Below, piece by piece: positions 1 through 9,036 of a stretch of DNA of 64,000 nt (positions are counted from its first letter, which is position 1; each line of letters opens with the position of its first letter). The translations under genes and the position numbers were made by a program. The stretch covers positions 19,139-83,138 of the forward strand of contig JAHHTL010000002.1 in assembly GCA_020024635.1 (NCBI GenBank), written 5' to 3'. Source of the stretch: Ruminococcus sp. (GTDB taxonomy: Bacteria > Bacillota > Clostridia > Lachnospirales > Lachnospiraceae). The notes under the pieces are model-generated. The model was given only the letters and a program-made list of their open reading frames with translations, did no database searches and was not told where the DNA came from.

Positions 1-281
1 TCAAGATTATGCTTCCGATTGCAAGACCGGGAATTTTTACTGCAGCTATGCTCGCATTTATGAATTACTGGAATGAATATTATTGGGCATCTATGGTACT
101 TACAACAAAGGAATTAAAAACAGTACCTGCGATTTTAGCGCAGTTCCAGACAGCATTCTCTACAAACTATAATGGTATGTTTTCAGCAATTGTGGTTATT
201 TTGTTGCCACCAGTAATTTTATTCTGCTGTTTCAGTAAATATTTTATTGAGGCACTTTCAGGTGGAGCTGTGAAAGGTTAA
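1..281 (+). CDS. carbohydrate ABC transporter permease, C-terminal fragment (gene begins upstream of window)
   Basis: Frame is open from the window edge to the stop at 279-281. The hydrophobic tail PIARPGIFTAAMLAFMNYWNEYYWA...LLPPVILF is typical of MalG/AraQ-type sugar permeases. Confidence 0.75.
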   Translation, partial: KIMLPIARPGIFTAAMLAFMNYWNEYYWASMVLTTKELKTVPAILAQFQTAFSTNYNGMFSAIVVILLPPVILFCCFSKYFIEALSGGAVKG

Positions 282-302
282 AACGAGGAGGAGACAAGAA
301 GA

Positions 303-1553
303 ATGAAACAAGTTACTGCAATCCTGCTTGGAGCAGGACAGCGAGGAGCAGAAGCATATGCTTCGTATGCATTGGATTATCCAAATGAATTGAAATTTGT
401 AGGCGTTGCAGAACCTAGAGAAGATAGAAGAGAAGAGTTCGCAAAGCTTCATAATATACTGCCGGAAAATGCAGTTGAGACAGATATAGAACTTCTTAAT
501 AGACCGAAAATGGCAGATTGTGTTCTTATTTGTACTCAGGATCAGATGCATTATGATGCCATCAAACTTGCGGTGGAGAAAGGATATCATATCTTATGTG
601 AAAAACCGATTTCTCCGGTACAATCTGAGTTAGAAGAAATTGGAAAGATTGCAGAGGAATATGAAAATGTGCTTAGTATCTGTCATGTACTTCGTTACTC
701 ACCGTTTTTCCGTCAGATTAAAAAACTTCTAGACGAAGGGGCTATAGGACAGCTTGTAGATATCCAACATATTGAAAGTGTAGGATATTGGCATATGGCT
801 CATAGTTTTGTCCGTGGAAACTGGAGAAATAAAGAATTAAGCAGTCCTATGATTTTACAGAAATGTTGTCATGACATGGATATTCTTTTATGGCTTGTAG
901 GATCCTCTTGCAAACGTCTAAGTAGTTTTGGAAATCTTACACATTTCAAAGAAGAAAATGCACCGGAAGATGCTCCAAAATTCTGTCTTGACGGATGTAG
1001 CCACAGAGAGGAATGTCCATACTTTGCGCCAAGATTTTATCTGGAAGATTTAGAAGAAAATGGCGGAAGCTTTGCCAAGATTGTAAGCATCAATACGGAT
1101 AAGGCCTCCCTTCTTGAAGCTTTGAAAGAAGGTCCTTACGGACGTTGTGTATATCGTTGTGATAACAATGTTGTGGATCACCAAGTAGTCAATCTTGAAT
1201 TTGAGAATGGTGTAACAGCAAGTCTTACAATGTGTGCATTTACCAATAAATGTGAAAGAATCATAAATCTTATGGGAACCAAAGGACAGATTCGAGGCAA
1301 TATGGAGGAAAACGAGATTATTCTTCAGGATTTTGCATCAGGTAATACAACAAAAATTGCTGTGAAGATTCCAAAAGGTGGACACAGTGGAAGTGATGTG
1401 GCAATGATGAAAGAATTTGTTAATTTGGTAGCAACCGATGGAAAGGCAAAAAGCGTGAGTGCTGCATCTGAGGCCGTGGAAAGTCATTTAATGGCGCTTG
1501 CAGCAGAAGAAAGTAGAGAGCACAATGGGGCTGTCTGTGAGATGAAAGGATAA
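303..1553 (+). CDS. Gfo/Idh/MocA family NAD(P)-dependent oxidoreductase
   Basis: N-terminal Rossmann motif AILLGAGQRGAEAY, then the EKP motif (ILCEKPIS). Size 416 aa. RBS GAGGAGGAG upstream. Sits in a sugar-utilisation context. Confidence 0.85.
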   Translation: MKQVTAILLGAGQRGAEAYASYALDYPNELKFVGVAEPREDRREEFAKLHNILPENAVETDIELLNRPKMADCVLICTQDQMHYDAIKLAVEKGYHILCEKPISPVQSELEEIGKIAEEYENVLSICHVLRYSPFFRQIKKLLDEGAIGQLVDIQHIESVGYWHMAHSFVRGNWRNKELSSPMILQKCCHDMDILLWLVGSSCKRLSSFGNLTHFKEENAPEDAPKFCLDGCSHREECPYFAPRFYLEDLEENGGSFAKIVSINTDKASLLEALKEGPYGRCVYRCDNNVVDHQVVNLEFENGVTASLTMCAFTNKCERIINLMGTKGQIRGNMEENEIILQDFASGNTTKIAVKIPKGGHSGSDVAMMKEFVNLVATDGKAKSVSAASEAVESHLMALAAEESREHNGAVCEMKG

Positions 1554-1559
1554 TGCTAT

Positions 1560-2870
1560 ATGAATCAGGAAATATGGGACCGTACCGATTGGTTTAGAAA
1601 AGACAGATTTGGAATGTTTATTCACTGGGGGCTCTATGCAATCCCTGCATTAGGGGAATGGGTCATGTCAGAAAAACAGATGACAGTAGAAGAATATGAA
1701 CGCTATTTTGATCAGTTTGATCCTGTGGATTATGATCCTGCTAAATGGGCCAAGCTTGCGAAAAAAGCAGGGATGAAATATGCTGTTCTTACAGCGAAAC
1801 ATCATGATGGATTTTGTCTCTTTGATTCTGCGCTGACAGATTATAAGGCAACAAATACAAAGGCCGGAAGAGATCTTGTAAGAGAATTTTTGGATGCCTT
1901 TCGTGCCGAGGGAATTAAAGTGGGACTTTATTTTACGTTAATTGACTGGCATCATCCGGATTATCCAAAATATGATGATATGTTCCATCCAATGAGAGGA
2001 AATGAGGCCTACAAAGACGAGAAAATTGATTTTGACAGATACTTAGATTATATGCACGGTCAGGTGAAGGAACTTGTAACAAATTATGGAAAATTGGATA
2101 TTCTATGGTTCGATTTCTCTTATGATAAGATGTGTAATGAAACATGGAGAGCAAAAGAGTTGATCGAAATGGTTAGAACATATCAGCCAGATGTGATCAT
2201 TGATAATAGACTGGAAGGATCTGGAGAAAAAAATGGAAGTATTGTTACAGATACACCAAACAGTTACAGCGGTGATTTTGTAAGTCCAGAGCAAATCATT
2301 CCACCAGGTGGTATGAGAGATTTGAATGGAAGACCAATTCCATGGGAACTTTGTGCGACTTTGAATAATCACTGGGGATATTGCTACCACGATCATGTAT
2401 ATAAAACACCACAGACACTGATTCGAAAATTAGTAGAGTGTGTAAGTAAAGGTGGAAACTTTATCCTAAATGTAGGACCAGATGCAAAAGGAAAGATACC
2501 AAAAGAAAGCGAAGAGATATTGCTGGAAGTTGGAAAATGGTTAGAAGACAATAAGGAAAGTATCTATAACAGTGGGATTTCAGAGTTTGAAAAACCAGAG
2601 TGGGGACGTTATACGCAGAATGGCAATCACGTTTATGCGCATATTTATGAAACACCACTTGGAGCACTTCCTCTTTATCATATCCCACCAGAGAGGGTTG
2701 GAAAAATAAGTTACCTGTCCAGTGGAGCGCAGGTGCAAAGAGGAGAAGCATGGAATACCGCGATGTACTCCGATACCGCGTTTGTTGCACTTGGAGAAAA
2801 TCCAGTGTTTACATATCCACTTGTAGATGAAAAAGATACAGTTTTAAAAATTGAGTTAAAAGATCAGTAA
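1560..2870 (+). CDS. alpha-L-fucosidase (GH29 family)
   Basis: GH29 signature stretches FGMFIHWGLYA and AVLTAKHHDGFCLFDS. 436 aa. Confidence 0.9.
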   Translation: MNQEIWDRTDWFRKDRFGMFIHWGLYAIPALGEWVMSEKQMTVEEYERYFDQFDPVDYDPAKWAKLAKKAGMKYAVLTAKHHDGFCLFDSALTDYKATNTKAGRDLVREFLDAFRAEGIKVGLYFTLIDWHHPDYPKYDDMFHPMRGNEAYKDEKIDFDRYLDYMHGQVKELVTNYGKLDILWFDFSYDKMCNETWRAKELIEMVRTYQPDVIIDNRLEGSGEKNGSIVTDTPNSYSGDFVSPEQIIPPGGMRDLNGRPIPWELCATLNNHWGYCYHDHVYKTPQTLIRKLVECVSKGGNFILNVGPDAKGKIPKESEEILLEVGKWLEDNKESIYNSGISEFEKPEWGRYTQNGNHVYAHIYETPLGALPLYHIPPERVGKISYLSSGAQVQRGEAWNTAMYSDTAFVALGENPVFTYPLVDEKDTVLKIELKDQ

Positions 2871-2874
2871 TCTT

Positions 2875-2936
2875 AAGAAGGTCATTCATTTTTTGAATAC
2901 AAAAGCGATATTCAAAGAATGGTGACCTTCTTTTAT
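2875..2936 (+). terminator. rho-independent terminator after the fucosidase gene
   Basis: 10-bp outer stem AAGAAGGTCA (2875-2884) / TGACCTTCTT (2923-2932). Inner hairpin TTTGAATA/TATTCAAA. Followed by TTTT. Confidence 0.6.
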
Positions 2937-2964
2937 TGTAATTTTTGCGAATTCTACCTATAAT
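2936..2964 (+). promoter_or_regulatory. sigma-A type promoter for dgkA
   Basis: TTGTAA (2936-2941), 17-nt spacer, TATAAT (2959-2964). Confidence 0.5.
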
Positions 2965-3042
2965 GAGAAAAAAGAGGTGTAGGTTGTTTTTTAAGAAAAT
3001 AGCATCGAAAATTGTAGAACATATGATGAAAGGAGAAGTCAG

Positions 3043-3417
3043 ATGAAAAAAGGCAAAAAAGATCCGCTTTATAAGAGTTTTGGTTATGCTTTTGAAGGCA
3101 TTTTTACCTGTATCGCAAAAGAAAGGAATATGAAGATCCATTGTCTGGCAGTGATCATAGTTGTACTTCTTGGTACATTGCTTCGTTTATCTGTGACAGA
3201 ATGGTGTATTTGTTTGATTCTTTTTGGACTTGTAATGGCGTTGGAACTGGTAAATACATCTGCAGAAGCAATCGTTGACCTTGTGACGGAAGAAAGAAAA
3301 CCCTTGGCAAAGGTTGCAAAAGATACAGCGGCAGGAGCGGTTCTTATAGCAGCAATTATGGCGGCAATTATCGGAGCAATCATATTTATCCCAAAAATTT
3401 TAGAATTATTTATATAA
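3043..3417 (+). CDS. dgkA: diacylglycerol kinase family protein (undecaprenol kinase type in Gram-positives)
   Basis: 124 aa with three TM helices. Motifs NMKIH, ELVNTSAEAIVD and KDTAAGAVL are typical of the DgkA family. Confidence 0.85.
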   Translation: MKKGKKDPLYKSFGYAFEGIFTCIAKERNMKIHCLAVIIVVLLGTLLRLSVTEWCICLILFGLVMALELVNTSAEAIVDLVTEERKPLAKVAKDTAAGAVLIAAIMAAIIGAIIFIPKILELFI

Positions 3418-3492
3418 TATTGATTAAATGTTTTGAAAAAAGGTGTATAATATTGTATATCATAATTAAATTTTGCTAAAGGAGGAAATTCT

Positions 3493-3840
3493 ATGGATAA
3501 ACCACTGGATGGATTAAAAAAACTTTTATATGCAGGGATTGGTGGTGTAGCAGTTACAGCAGAGAAGACGAAAGAAATATTAGAAGACATGATTGAGAAA
3601 GGAGAACTTACCGTAGAACAAGGCAAGGCTCTTAATCAAGAATTAAAACACAATATTAAAAAAACGGTAAAAGATAATTTAAACGTTTCCGTAAAGCCAA
3701 ATACACCAGATGAACTTAACGAATTACTGGATAAGATGACTCCGGAGCAGATTGAACTTCTAAAGGTGCAGATTTCAAAATTAGAATCTGATGCAGAACA
3801 AGAAAAGACAGCAGAAGAAAACGGAGAAGTGGATGAGTAA
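3493..3840 (+). CDS. phasin-like protein (COG3937-type, PHA synthesis regulator-like)
   Basis: 115 aa, helical. N-terminus LKKLLYAGIGGVAVTAEKTKEILEDMIEKGELTVEQGK resembles the phasin-family proteins of Clostridia. RBS AAGGAGG upstream. Confidence 0.6.
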   Translation: MDKPLDGLKKLLYAGIGGVAVTAEKTKEILEDMIEKGELTVEQGKALNQELKHNIKKTVKDNLNVSVKPNTPDELNELLDKMTPEQIELLKVQISKLESDAEQEKTAEENGEVDE

Positions 3841-5431
3841 AACGAAGACAGCTCAGGACGGAGAGGGAAAACAAAAATCACGATTAAAAGAGATTACAGA
3901 TGTGCTCCGTAAGCATAAAATTACAAGAGGCGTTTCTCCGGAAAAATTACGCTTGATCATAGAAGATCTTGGGCCTACATATATTAAACTAGGGCAGATT
4001 ATGTCCCTACATTCAGATATATTGCCCAAAAGATATTGTGATGAGTTGTTACGCTTACAGTCAGAGGTTCCACCGATGCCTTTTGAGCAGGTGGAGCAAG
4101 TAATCGAAGAGTCTTATGGGTTTCCATGGCAGGAAGTGTTCGAGTATGTAGAGAAAAAACCACTTGGTTCAGCTTCGATTGCACAGGTTCACAGAGCAGT
4201 TTTAAGGACAGGTGAAGAAGTAGTCATTAAAGTGCAAAGACAGGGAATTGCAGAGATTATGGCACGTGATATCGGACTTCTTCGTAAAGCTGTAAAGCTT
4301 CTTCCAATTGAAACCATTAAAGGGATGGTGGATTTAGATCTTGTGTTGAACGAACTTTGGAGAGTGACACAAGAGGAGATGAATTTTCTCATTGAAGCAG
4401 CAAATATCGAGGAATTTACAAGAAATAATAAGGATGTCGTATTTGTGCAAATACCAAAATTATACAAAGAGTATACTGCGGGGCATGTTCTTGTTATGGA
4501 GTATATCGATGGATATGCGATCAATGATAAAGAAAATCTTTTGAAAAATGGATATGATCTTCAAGAAATAGGGAGTAAGCTGATCGACAATTTTATCAGA
4601 CAAGTCATGGAAGATGGCTTCTTTCATGCAGACCCACATCCTGGCAATGTAAGGATTAAAGATGGAAAGATTGTCTGGATTGACATGGGGATGATGGGTA
4701 GATTGACAGACAGGGACAAAGAATTGATTGGAAAAGCTGTTCGTGGAGTTGCGATCAAAGATATTGGACTGATCCAAGAAGCAGTTCTTGCATTGGGTGA
4801 ATTTAACGGAAAACCAGATCAAAGTCGGTTGTATGAAGATATTGGAGTACTCTTATCCAAATATGGAACGAGAGATATGGGAGAAATTGATATTGCTGAA
4901 ACCATGCAAGATCTTATGGAAGTCATGAAAGAGAATAGGATTTCCATGCCTCATGGTCTTACAATGCTTGCTAGAGGACTTACCCATATGGAAGGAGTTT
5001 TGGCAGAGATTTGTCCCGAGATCAATATGGTAGAGATTGCAGCTGCTCGGGTAAAAGACAGTTATATTCAGAATTTTAACCTAAAAAAAGAACTAAAACG
5101 TGGTGGGAAACATATTTACCGTTCTATTTCAAAGGCCATAGACTTACCGTCACTGGCAGCGGATGTGTTAGAAGGACATTTGAAAGGGCAGACAAGCGTG
5201 AATCTTGAACTTCATGCAGCAGACGATTTAGAGCAATTGTTGAGAAGAGTGGGAAGGAACGTTGTCATGGGATTATGGGTCATGGCACTTCTTATCAGTT
5301 CTAGCATTATCTGTACAACGAGTATGACACCGAAGATATTTGGAATACCGGCGATAGGAGTTTTGGGGTATTTGCTCGCATTTATCATCGTCATTTATGT
5401 GTTTATCAAACATATTTTTTCAAAGAAGTAA
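3833..5431 (+). CDS. ABC1/UbiB (AarF) atypical kinase family protein
   Basis: ABC1 motifs PLGSASIAQVHRA and FFHADPHPGNV, plus a C-terminal TM pair. I chose the ATG at 3833 (MSKTKT), which overlaps the phasin stop as ATGAGTAA. The ORF-track start at 3791 lies inside the upstream gene. Confidence 0.85.
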   Translation: MSKTKTAQDGEGKQKSRLKEITDVLRKHKITRGVSPEKLRLIIEDLGPTYIKLGQIMSLHSDILPKRYCDELLRLQSEVPPMPFEQVEQVIEESYGFPWQEVFEYVEKKPLGSASIAQVHRAVLRTGEEVVIKVQRQGIAEIMARDIGLLRKAVKLLPIETIKGMVDLDLVLNELWRVTQEEMNFLIEAANIEEFTRNNKDVVFVQIPKLYKEYTAGHVLVMEYIDGYAINDKENLLKNGYDLQEIGSKLIDNFIRQVMEDGFFHADPHPGNVRIKDGKIVWIDMGMMGRLTDRDKELIGKAVRGVAIKDIGLIQEAVLALGEFNGKPDQSRLYEDIGVLLSKYGTRDMGEIDIAETMQDLMEVMKENRISMPHGLTMLARGLTHMEGVLAEICPEINMVEIAAARVKDSYIQNFNLKKELKRGGKHIYRSISKAIDLPSLAADVLEGHLKGQTSVNLELHAADDLEQLLRRVGRNVVMGLWVMALLISSSIICTTSMTPKIFGIPAIGVLGYLLAFIIVIYVFIKHIFSKK

Positions 5432-5473
5432 AATAACAATAAAACGATTCAAACATCAGAGGAGGAAAAAAAG

Positions 5474-6127
5474 ATGAGATTTTTTATTGATACAGCAAAT
5501 GTAGAAGATATTAGAAAAGCAAATGATATGGGCGTAATTTGTGGTGTTACAACAAACCCATCTTTGATCGCCAAAGAAGGGCGTGTGTTTGAAGAGGTAA
5601 TTAAAGAAATTGCATCTATTGTAGAGGGACCGATCAGTGGGGAAGTAAAAGCCACCACTACAGATGCAGAAGGTATGATCAACGAAGGGCGTGAAATTGC
5701 AAAAATCCATCCAAATATGGTTGTAAAGATCCCAATGACAGTAGAAGGATTAAAGGCTTGTAAGGTGCTTTCGGCTGAAGGGATCAAGACAAATGTGACG
5801 CTTATTTTTACTGCAAACCAGGCACTTTTAGCAGCACGTGCAGGTGCAACATATGTGTCTCCATTTCTTGGAAGATTGGACGATATCTCTGTAAGAGGAG
5901 TTGATCTTATAAGTGAGATTGCAAAGATGTTTGACGTGGCAGGAATTCAGACACAGATTATTGCAGCTAGTGTACGGAATCCAATTCATGTGACAGATTG
6001 TGCGCTTGCAGGAGCAGATATTGCCACCGTTCCATATAAAGTGATTGAGCAGATGGTACGCCATCCACTTACAGATGCTGGGATTGAAAAATTTAAGAAA
6101 GATTATATTGCGGCATTTGGAGAGTAA
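5474..6127 (+). CDS. fructose-6-phosphate aldolase / short transaldolase (TalC-Fsa family)
   Basis: 217 aa. [21 protein letters not shown] and the catalytic-Lys region VVKIPMT. RBS GGAGGA. Confidence 0.9.
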   Translation: MRFFIDTANVEDIRKANDMGVICGVTTNPSLIAKEGRVFEEVIKEIASIVEGPISGEVKATTTDAEGMINEGREIAKIHPNMVVKIPMTVEGLKACKVLSAEGIKTNVTLIFTANQALLAARAGATYVSPFLGRLDDISVRGVDLISEIAKMFDVAGIQTQIIAASVRNPIHVTDCALAGADIATVPYKVIEQMVRHPLTDAGIEKFKKDYIAAFGE

Positions 6128-6129
6128 AG

Positions 6130-7104
6130 ATGGATCACAGGACAATAAAAGAAATTCCCAAAATTGATCTGCACTGCCATCTTGATGGATCTTTAAGTAA
6201 AGAATGTCTTCAAGAGCTTTTCGGACGACAGATCAGCACAAAAGAACTGCAGGTAGAAGAGGACTGCAAAAGTCTTTCGGAGTATCTAGAAAAATTCGAC
6301 CTTCCACTGCAATGTCTTCAGACAGAAAATGGACTTCGAAGAGCAGGATACGATTTTATAAAGAATGTTTCAGAGGAAAATGTAAAATACATAGAAGTAA
6401 GATTTGCTCCATCACTTTCAAAAGGAAAAGGTCTAGATTGTGAAAAGGTTATGGGTGCTGTACTAGAAGGTCTCGAGGCAGGGAAAAAAGAGTATGGTGT
6501 AGAATACAATGTAATTGCATGCGCTATGAGACATCTAAGTTACGAAGAAAATTTGAAAATGGCAGAAGAGGTAAAGGGATTTTATGGCAAAGGATTTTGT
6601 GCATTTGATCTTGCAGGAAATGAAGCTGCTTTTCCAATAGAAGGGTTTTCAAAACTGTTTCAACAGATTGCTGCTATGGGAATCCCGTTTACCATTCATG
6701 GTGGAGAGTGTGGCCGTGTTGAGAATGTTACGAAAGCAGTAGAATTTGGTGCAAAACGTATTGGACATGGCATTGCACTTCGAGGACATGATGCGGCTAT
6801 CAGCTTTTGCAGAGATCATAATATCGGAATAGAGATGTGTCCCATCAGCAATCTTCAGACAAAAGCGGTCAAGACAATCGAAGAATATCCAATTCGAGAA
6901 TTTATACAAAAAGGGTTGCGTGTGACACTTAATACAGACAACAGAACAGTAAGTAATACGAATATAGAAAAGGAAATACGTTTTGTTCAGAAGAACTGGG
7001 CTGTAACGGATGAAGAAATTATGACAATGATGCGTCAGGCTATAGAAGTGTCTTTTGCAGAAAACAGCGTAAAGCAAAAACTTCGTAAAATATTTGAAGG
7101 ATAA
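6130..7104 (+). CDS. add: adenosine deaminase
   Basis: Metal-ligand motifs IDLHCHLDGS, FTIHGGE and TLNTDN. 324 aa. Confidence 0.9.
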   Translation: MDHRTIKEIPKIDLHCHLDGSLSKECLQELFGRQISTKELQVEEDCKSLSEYLEKFDLPLQCLQTENGLRRAGYDFIKNVSEENVKYIEVRFAPSLSKGKGLDCEKVMGAVLEGLEAGKKEYGVEYNVIACAMRHLSYEENLKMAEEVKGFYGKGFCAFDLAGNEAAFPIEGFSKLFQQIAAMGIPFTIHGGECGRVENVTKAVEFGAKRIGHGIALRGHDAAISFCRDHNIGIEMCPISNLQTKAVKTIEEYPIREFIQKGLRVTLNTDNRTVSNTNIEKEIRFVQKNWAVTDEEIMTMMRQAIEVSFAENSVKQKLRKIFEG

Positions 7105-7132
7105 ACACCAGACCTTAAAGGAGAAATTTGAC

Positions 7133-8134
7133 ATGAAAAGACTGGACATTTTAGGAAAAGAGTTGCTTGATGAAGCGAAAAATATAGAATTTCACTATAA
7201 CAAAGAAGGAAGTTTATATGAAATATATGATCAGCTTCTTAAGACATATTGCTACCCAATAAGAGGGCTGGATCAATACAATTTAATTCTGGGATCTGGA
7301 TATGAAGAGCGTTATTGGAAGTGGAAGAGAATCCAAGAGGCAAAGAAAAAAAGAGAATCAGATCAAGTACAATTAGACGCGCAGCAGGAAGAAGAAATAG
7401 ACTACAAAAAGCTTGCCAAAAAATTGGTTGATTTGGTTGATGATGCCGCTATTTCCAGTACAAAAAATATCAATCAGCCAAGTGAAAATCTTGTACGCGA
7501 GTTGATTCTAAGGCATCCGTATCATTTTTATCTCGATGTATGTGAGCAGTTGTATTATGCTCTTATAGATCAAAACACAAAAGAAGAGCTGATTGGGAGT
7601 TTGGACACCACCACAGATCAAGACTTTATAGAAACGATGTACGATTTTACCCAATTTGTTCTCTATATGGAACGACTAACACAGGAAGATATAGAAGGGG
7701 AGCTTTCAGAGGCACTCAAAGAATTAGCCGCTCAGGTAAGGAACAATCTTCCGAAGTATTTAAGCCTCCTTATGTTGGATGAGATCAGTATTTTGATGTT
7801 CAATGAACGGGCTGTGAAGGTTGAGGAACAGGAAGAGTACAGAAAGGAAGCCAGTGATCAGATTAGAAAAGCTGTGGATATCATGACGGATTTCACAGAT
7901 ACAGTAAATGAAGTATATGTGGCATTTTCAGAATTAATGTACGGAGTAATTTTTGACAGAGCCAAAGGAAATGAAGAGAAAATGACTTCCTTGCTTAAGT
8001 CAGAAATCGAACAGACGAAGAAGATCTTAAAAATAGAGAAAAAAGAAAATCAAGAGCAGTTAGGATGCCGAATCTTTTGTGTGCAGGAAAGAACACAAGA
8101 AGATACCTTGTATCAGGTAATAGCTTCCATGTAG
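7133..8134 (+). CDS. hypothetical acidic, all-helical protein
   Basis: Long ORF with the ATG at 7133 preceded by AAAGGAG. The TTG at 7094 lies inside add. No recognisable motif. Rich in E, D, K and L. Confidence 0.55.
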   Translation: MKRLDILGKELLDEAKNIEFHYNKEGSLYEIYDQLLKTYCYPIRGLDQYNLILGSGYEERYWKWKRIQEAKKKRESDQVQLDAQQEEEIDYKKLAKKLVDLVDDAAISSTKNINQPSENLVRELILRHPYHFYLDVCEQLYYALIDQNTKEELIGSLDTTTDQDFIETMYDFTQFVLYMERLTQEDIEGELSEALKELAAQVRNNLPKYLSLLMLDEISILMFNERAVKVEEQEEYRKEASDQIRKAVDIMTDFTDTVNEVYVAFSELMYGVIFDRAKGNEEKMTSLLKSEIEQTKKILKIEKKENQEQLGCRIFCVQERTQEDTLYQVIASM

Positions 8135-8141
8135 GAAAAAG

Positions 8142-8175
8142 AGAAGTCCTCATTTGATGTGGGGACTTCTTTTTT
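8142..8175 (+). terminator. rho-independent terminator
   Basis: Stem AGAAGTCC (8142-8149) / GGACTTCT (8163-8170), followed by TTTTT. Confidence 0.75.
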
Positions 8176-8335
8176 GTATTTTCATACAGAAACAAAATAT
8201 TGACTATATAATAACAATGTTGAACATAGTATAATTTAACTAGATTAATTATTAAAAAAAGAGAAATTATATGCAAAAAGCACTAAAATCGTACAGGTGC
8301 TTTTTCAAAAGAAATAACCGTGAAAGGAGTTTTAC

Positions 8336-9007
8336 ATGAAAGCATATAAGGTGTTGGAAGTTAAGCAAAGTGTGTTTGCGGCAAATGACAAAGAGGCAGA
8401 GGAACTTCGCTTGAAGTTAAAAGAAAAAGGAGTGTTTTTGCTGAATCTAATGAGTAGCCCAGGTTCTGGAAAAACTACAACTCTGCAGCGCACAATCGAA
8501 GCATTAAAAGAGGAAATGAAAATTGGAATCATGGAAGCAGATATTGACTCAGAAGTAGATGCAAAAACCATTTCCGACATGGGGGTAAAAGCCATTCAGC
8601 TGCATACAGGGGGCATGTGTCATCTAGATGCACAGATGACAAGTCAGGGATTAGAAGGTCTAGGAACTGAAGACGTGGATCTTGTAGTTCTTGAGAATGT
8701 GGGAAATTTAGTCTGTCCCGCGGAATTTGATACGGGTGCTTCAAAAAATGCAATGATTTTATCTGTACCAGAAGGACATGATAAACCGCTAAAATATCCA
8801 CTAATGTTTTCCATTTGTGATGTAGTACTGATTAATAAAGTTGACGTTTTGCCATATTTTGATTTTGATATTGAAAAGTGCCGTGAATATGTACATATGC
8901 GTAATCCGAAGGCAAAAGTGATCCCAATTTGCGCACGGACAGGAGAAGGAATGGAAGAATGGTACCGTTGGCTGAAAGAAGAAGTAAATACCTGGAAAGG
9001 GAAATAA
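8336..9007 (+). CDS. hypB: hydrogenase/urease nickel incorporation GTPase HypB
   Basis: Walker A SSPGSGKTT, the CH-type metal motif GGMCHLD, ENVGNLVCPAEFD, and G4 motif INKVD. 223 aa. Confidence 0.9.
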   Translation: MKAYKVLEVKQSVFAANDKEAEELRLKLKEKGVFLLNLMSSPGSGKTTTLQRTIEALKEEMKIGIMEADIDSEVDAKTISDMGVKAIQLHTGGMCHLDAQMTSQGLEGLGTEDVDLVVLENVGNLVCPAEFDTGASKNAMILSVPEGHDKPLKYPLMFSICDVVLINKVDVLPYFDFDIEKCREYVHMRNPKAKVIPICARTGEGMEEWYRWLKEEVNTWKGK

Positions 9008-9036
9008 AGGAATAAGAAGGAAAAGGAGAATGAAGG

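Noticed and set aside
3084-3626. 180-aa minus-strand ORF antisense to dgkA and the phasin-like gene
   Set aside because: It is fully antisense to two genes with clear family motifs. It has no RBS, and its translation is low-complexity and rich in Ser, Ile and Phe, as expected for the reverse frame of an AT-rich coding region.
6649-7149. 166-aa minus-strand ORF antisense to add
   Set aside because: Same reasoning as the other antisense ORFs: it overlaps a confidently called gene and has no RBS or motif.
8176-8335. NikR-type operator (GTATGA-N16-TCATAC) or NiCo riboswitch upstream of hypB
   Set aside because: Only a lone TCATAC hexamer is present (8182-8187). There is no partner half-site and no recognisable riboswitch core.
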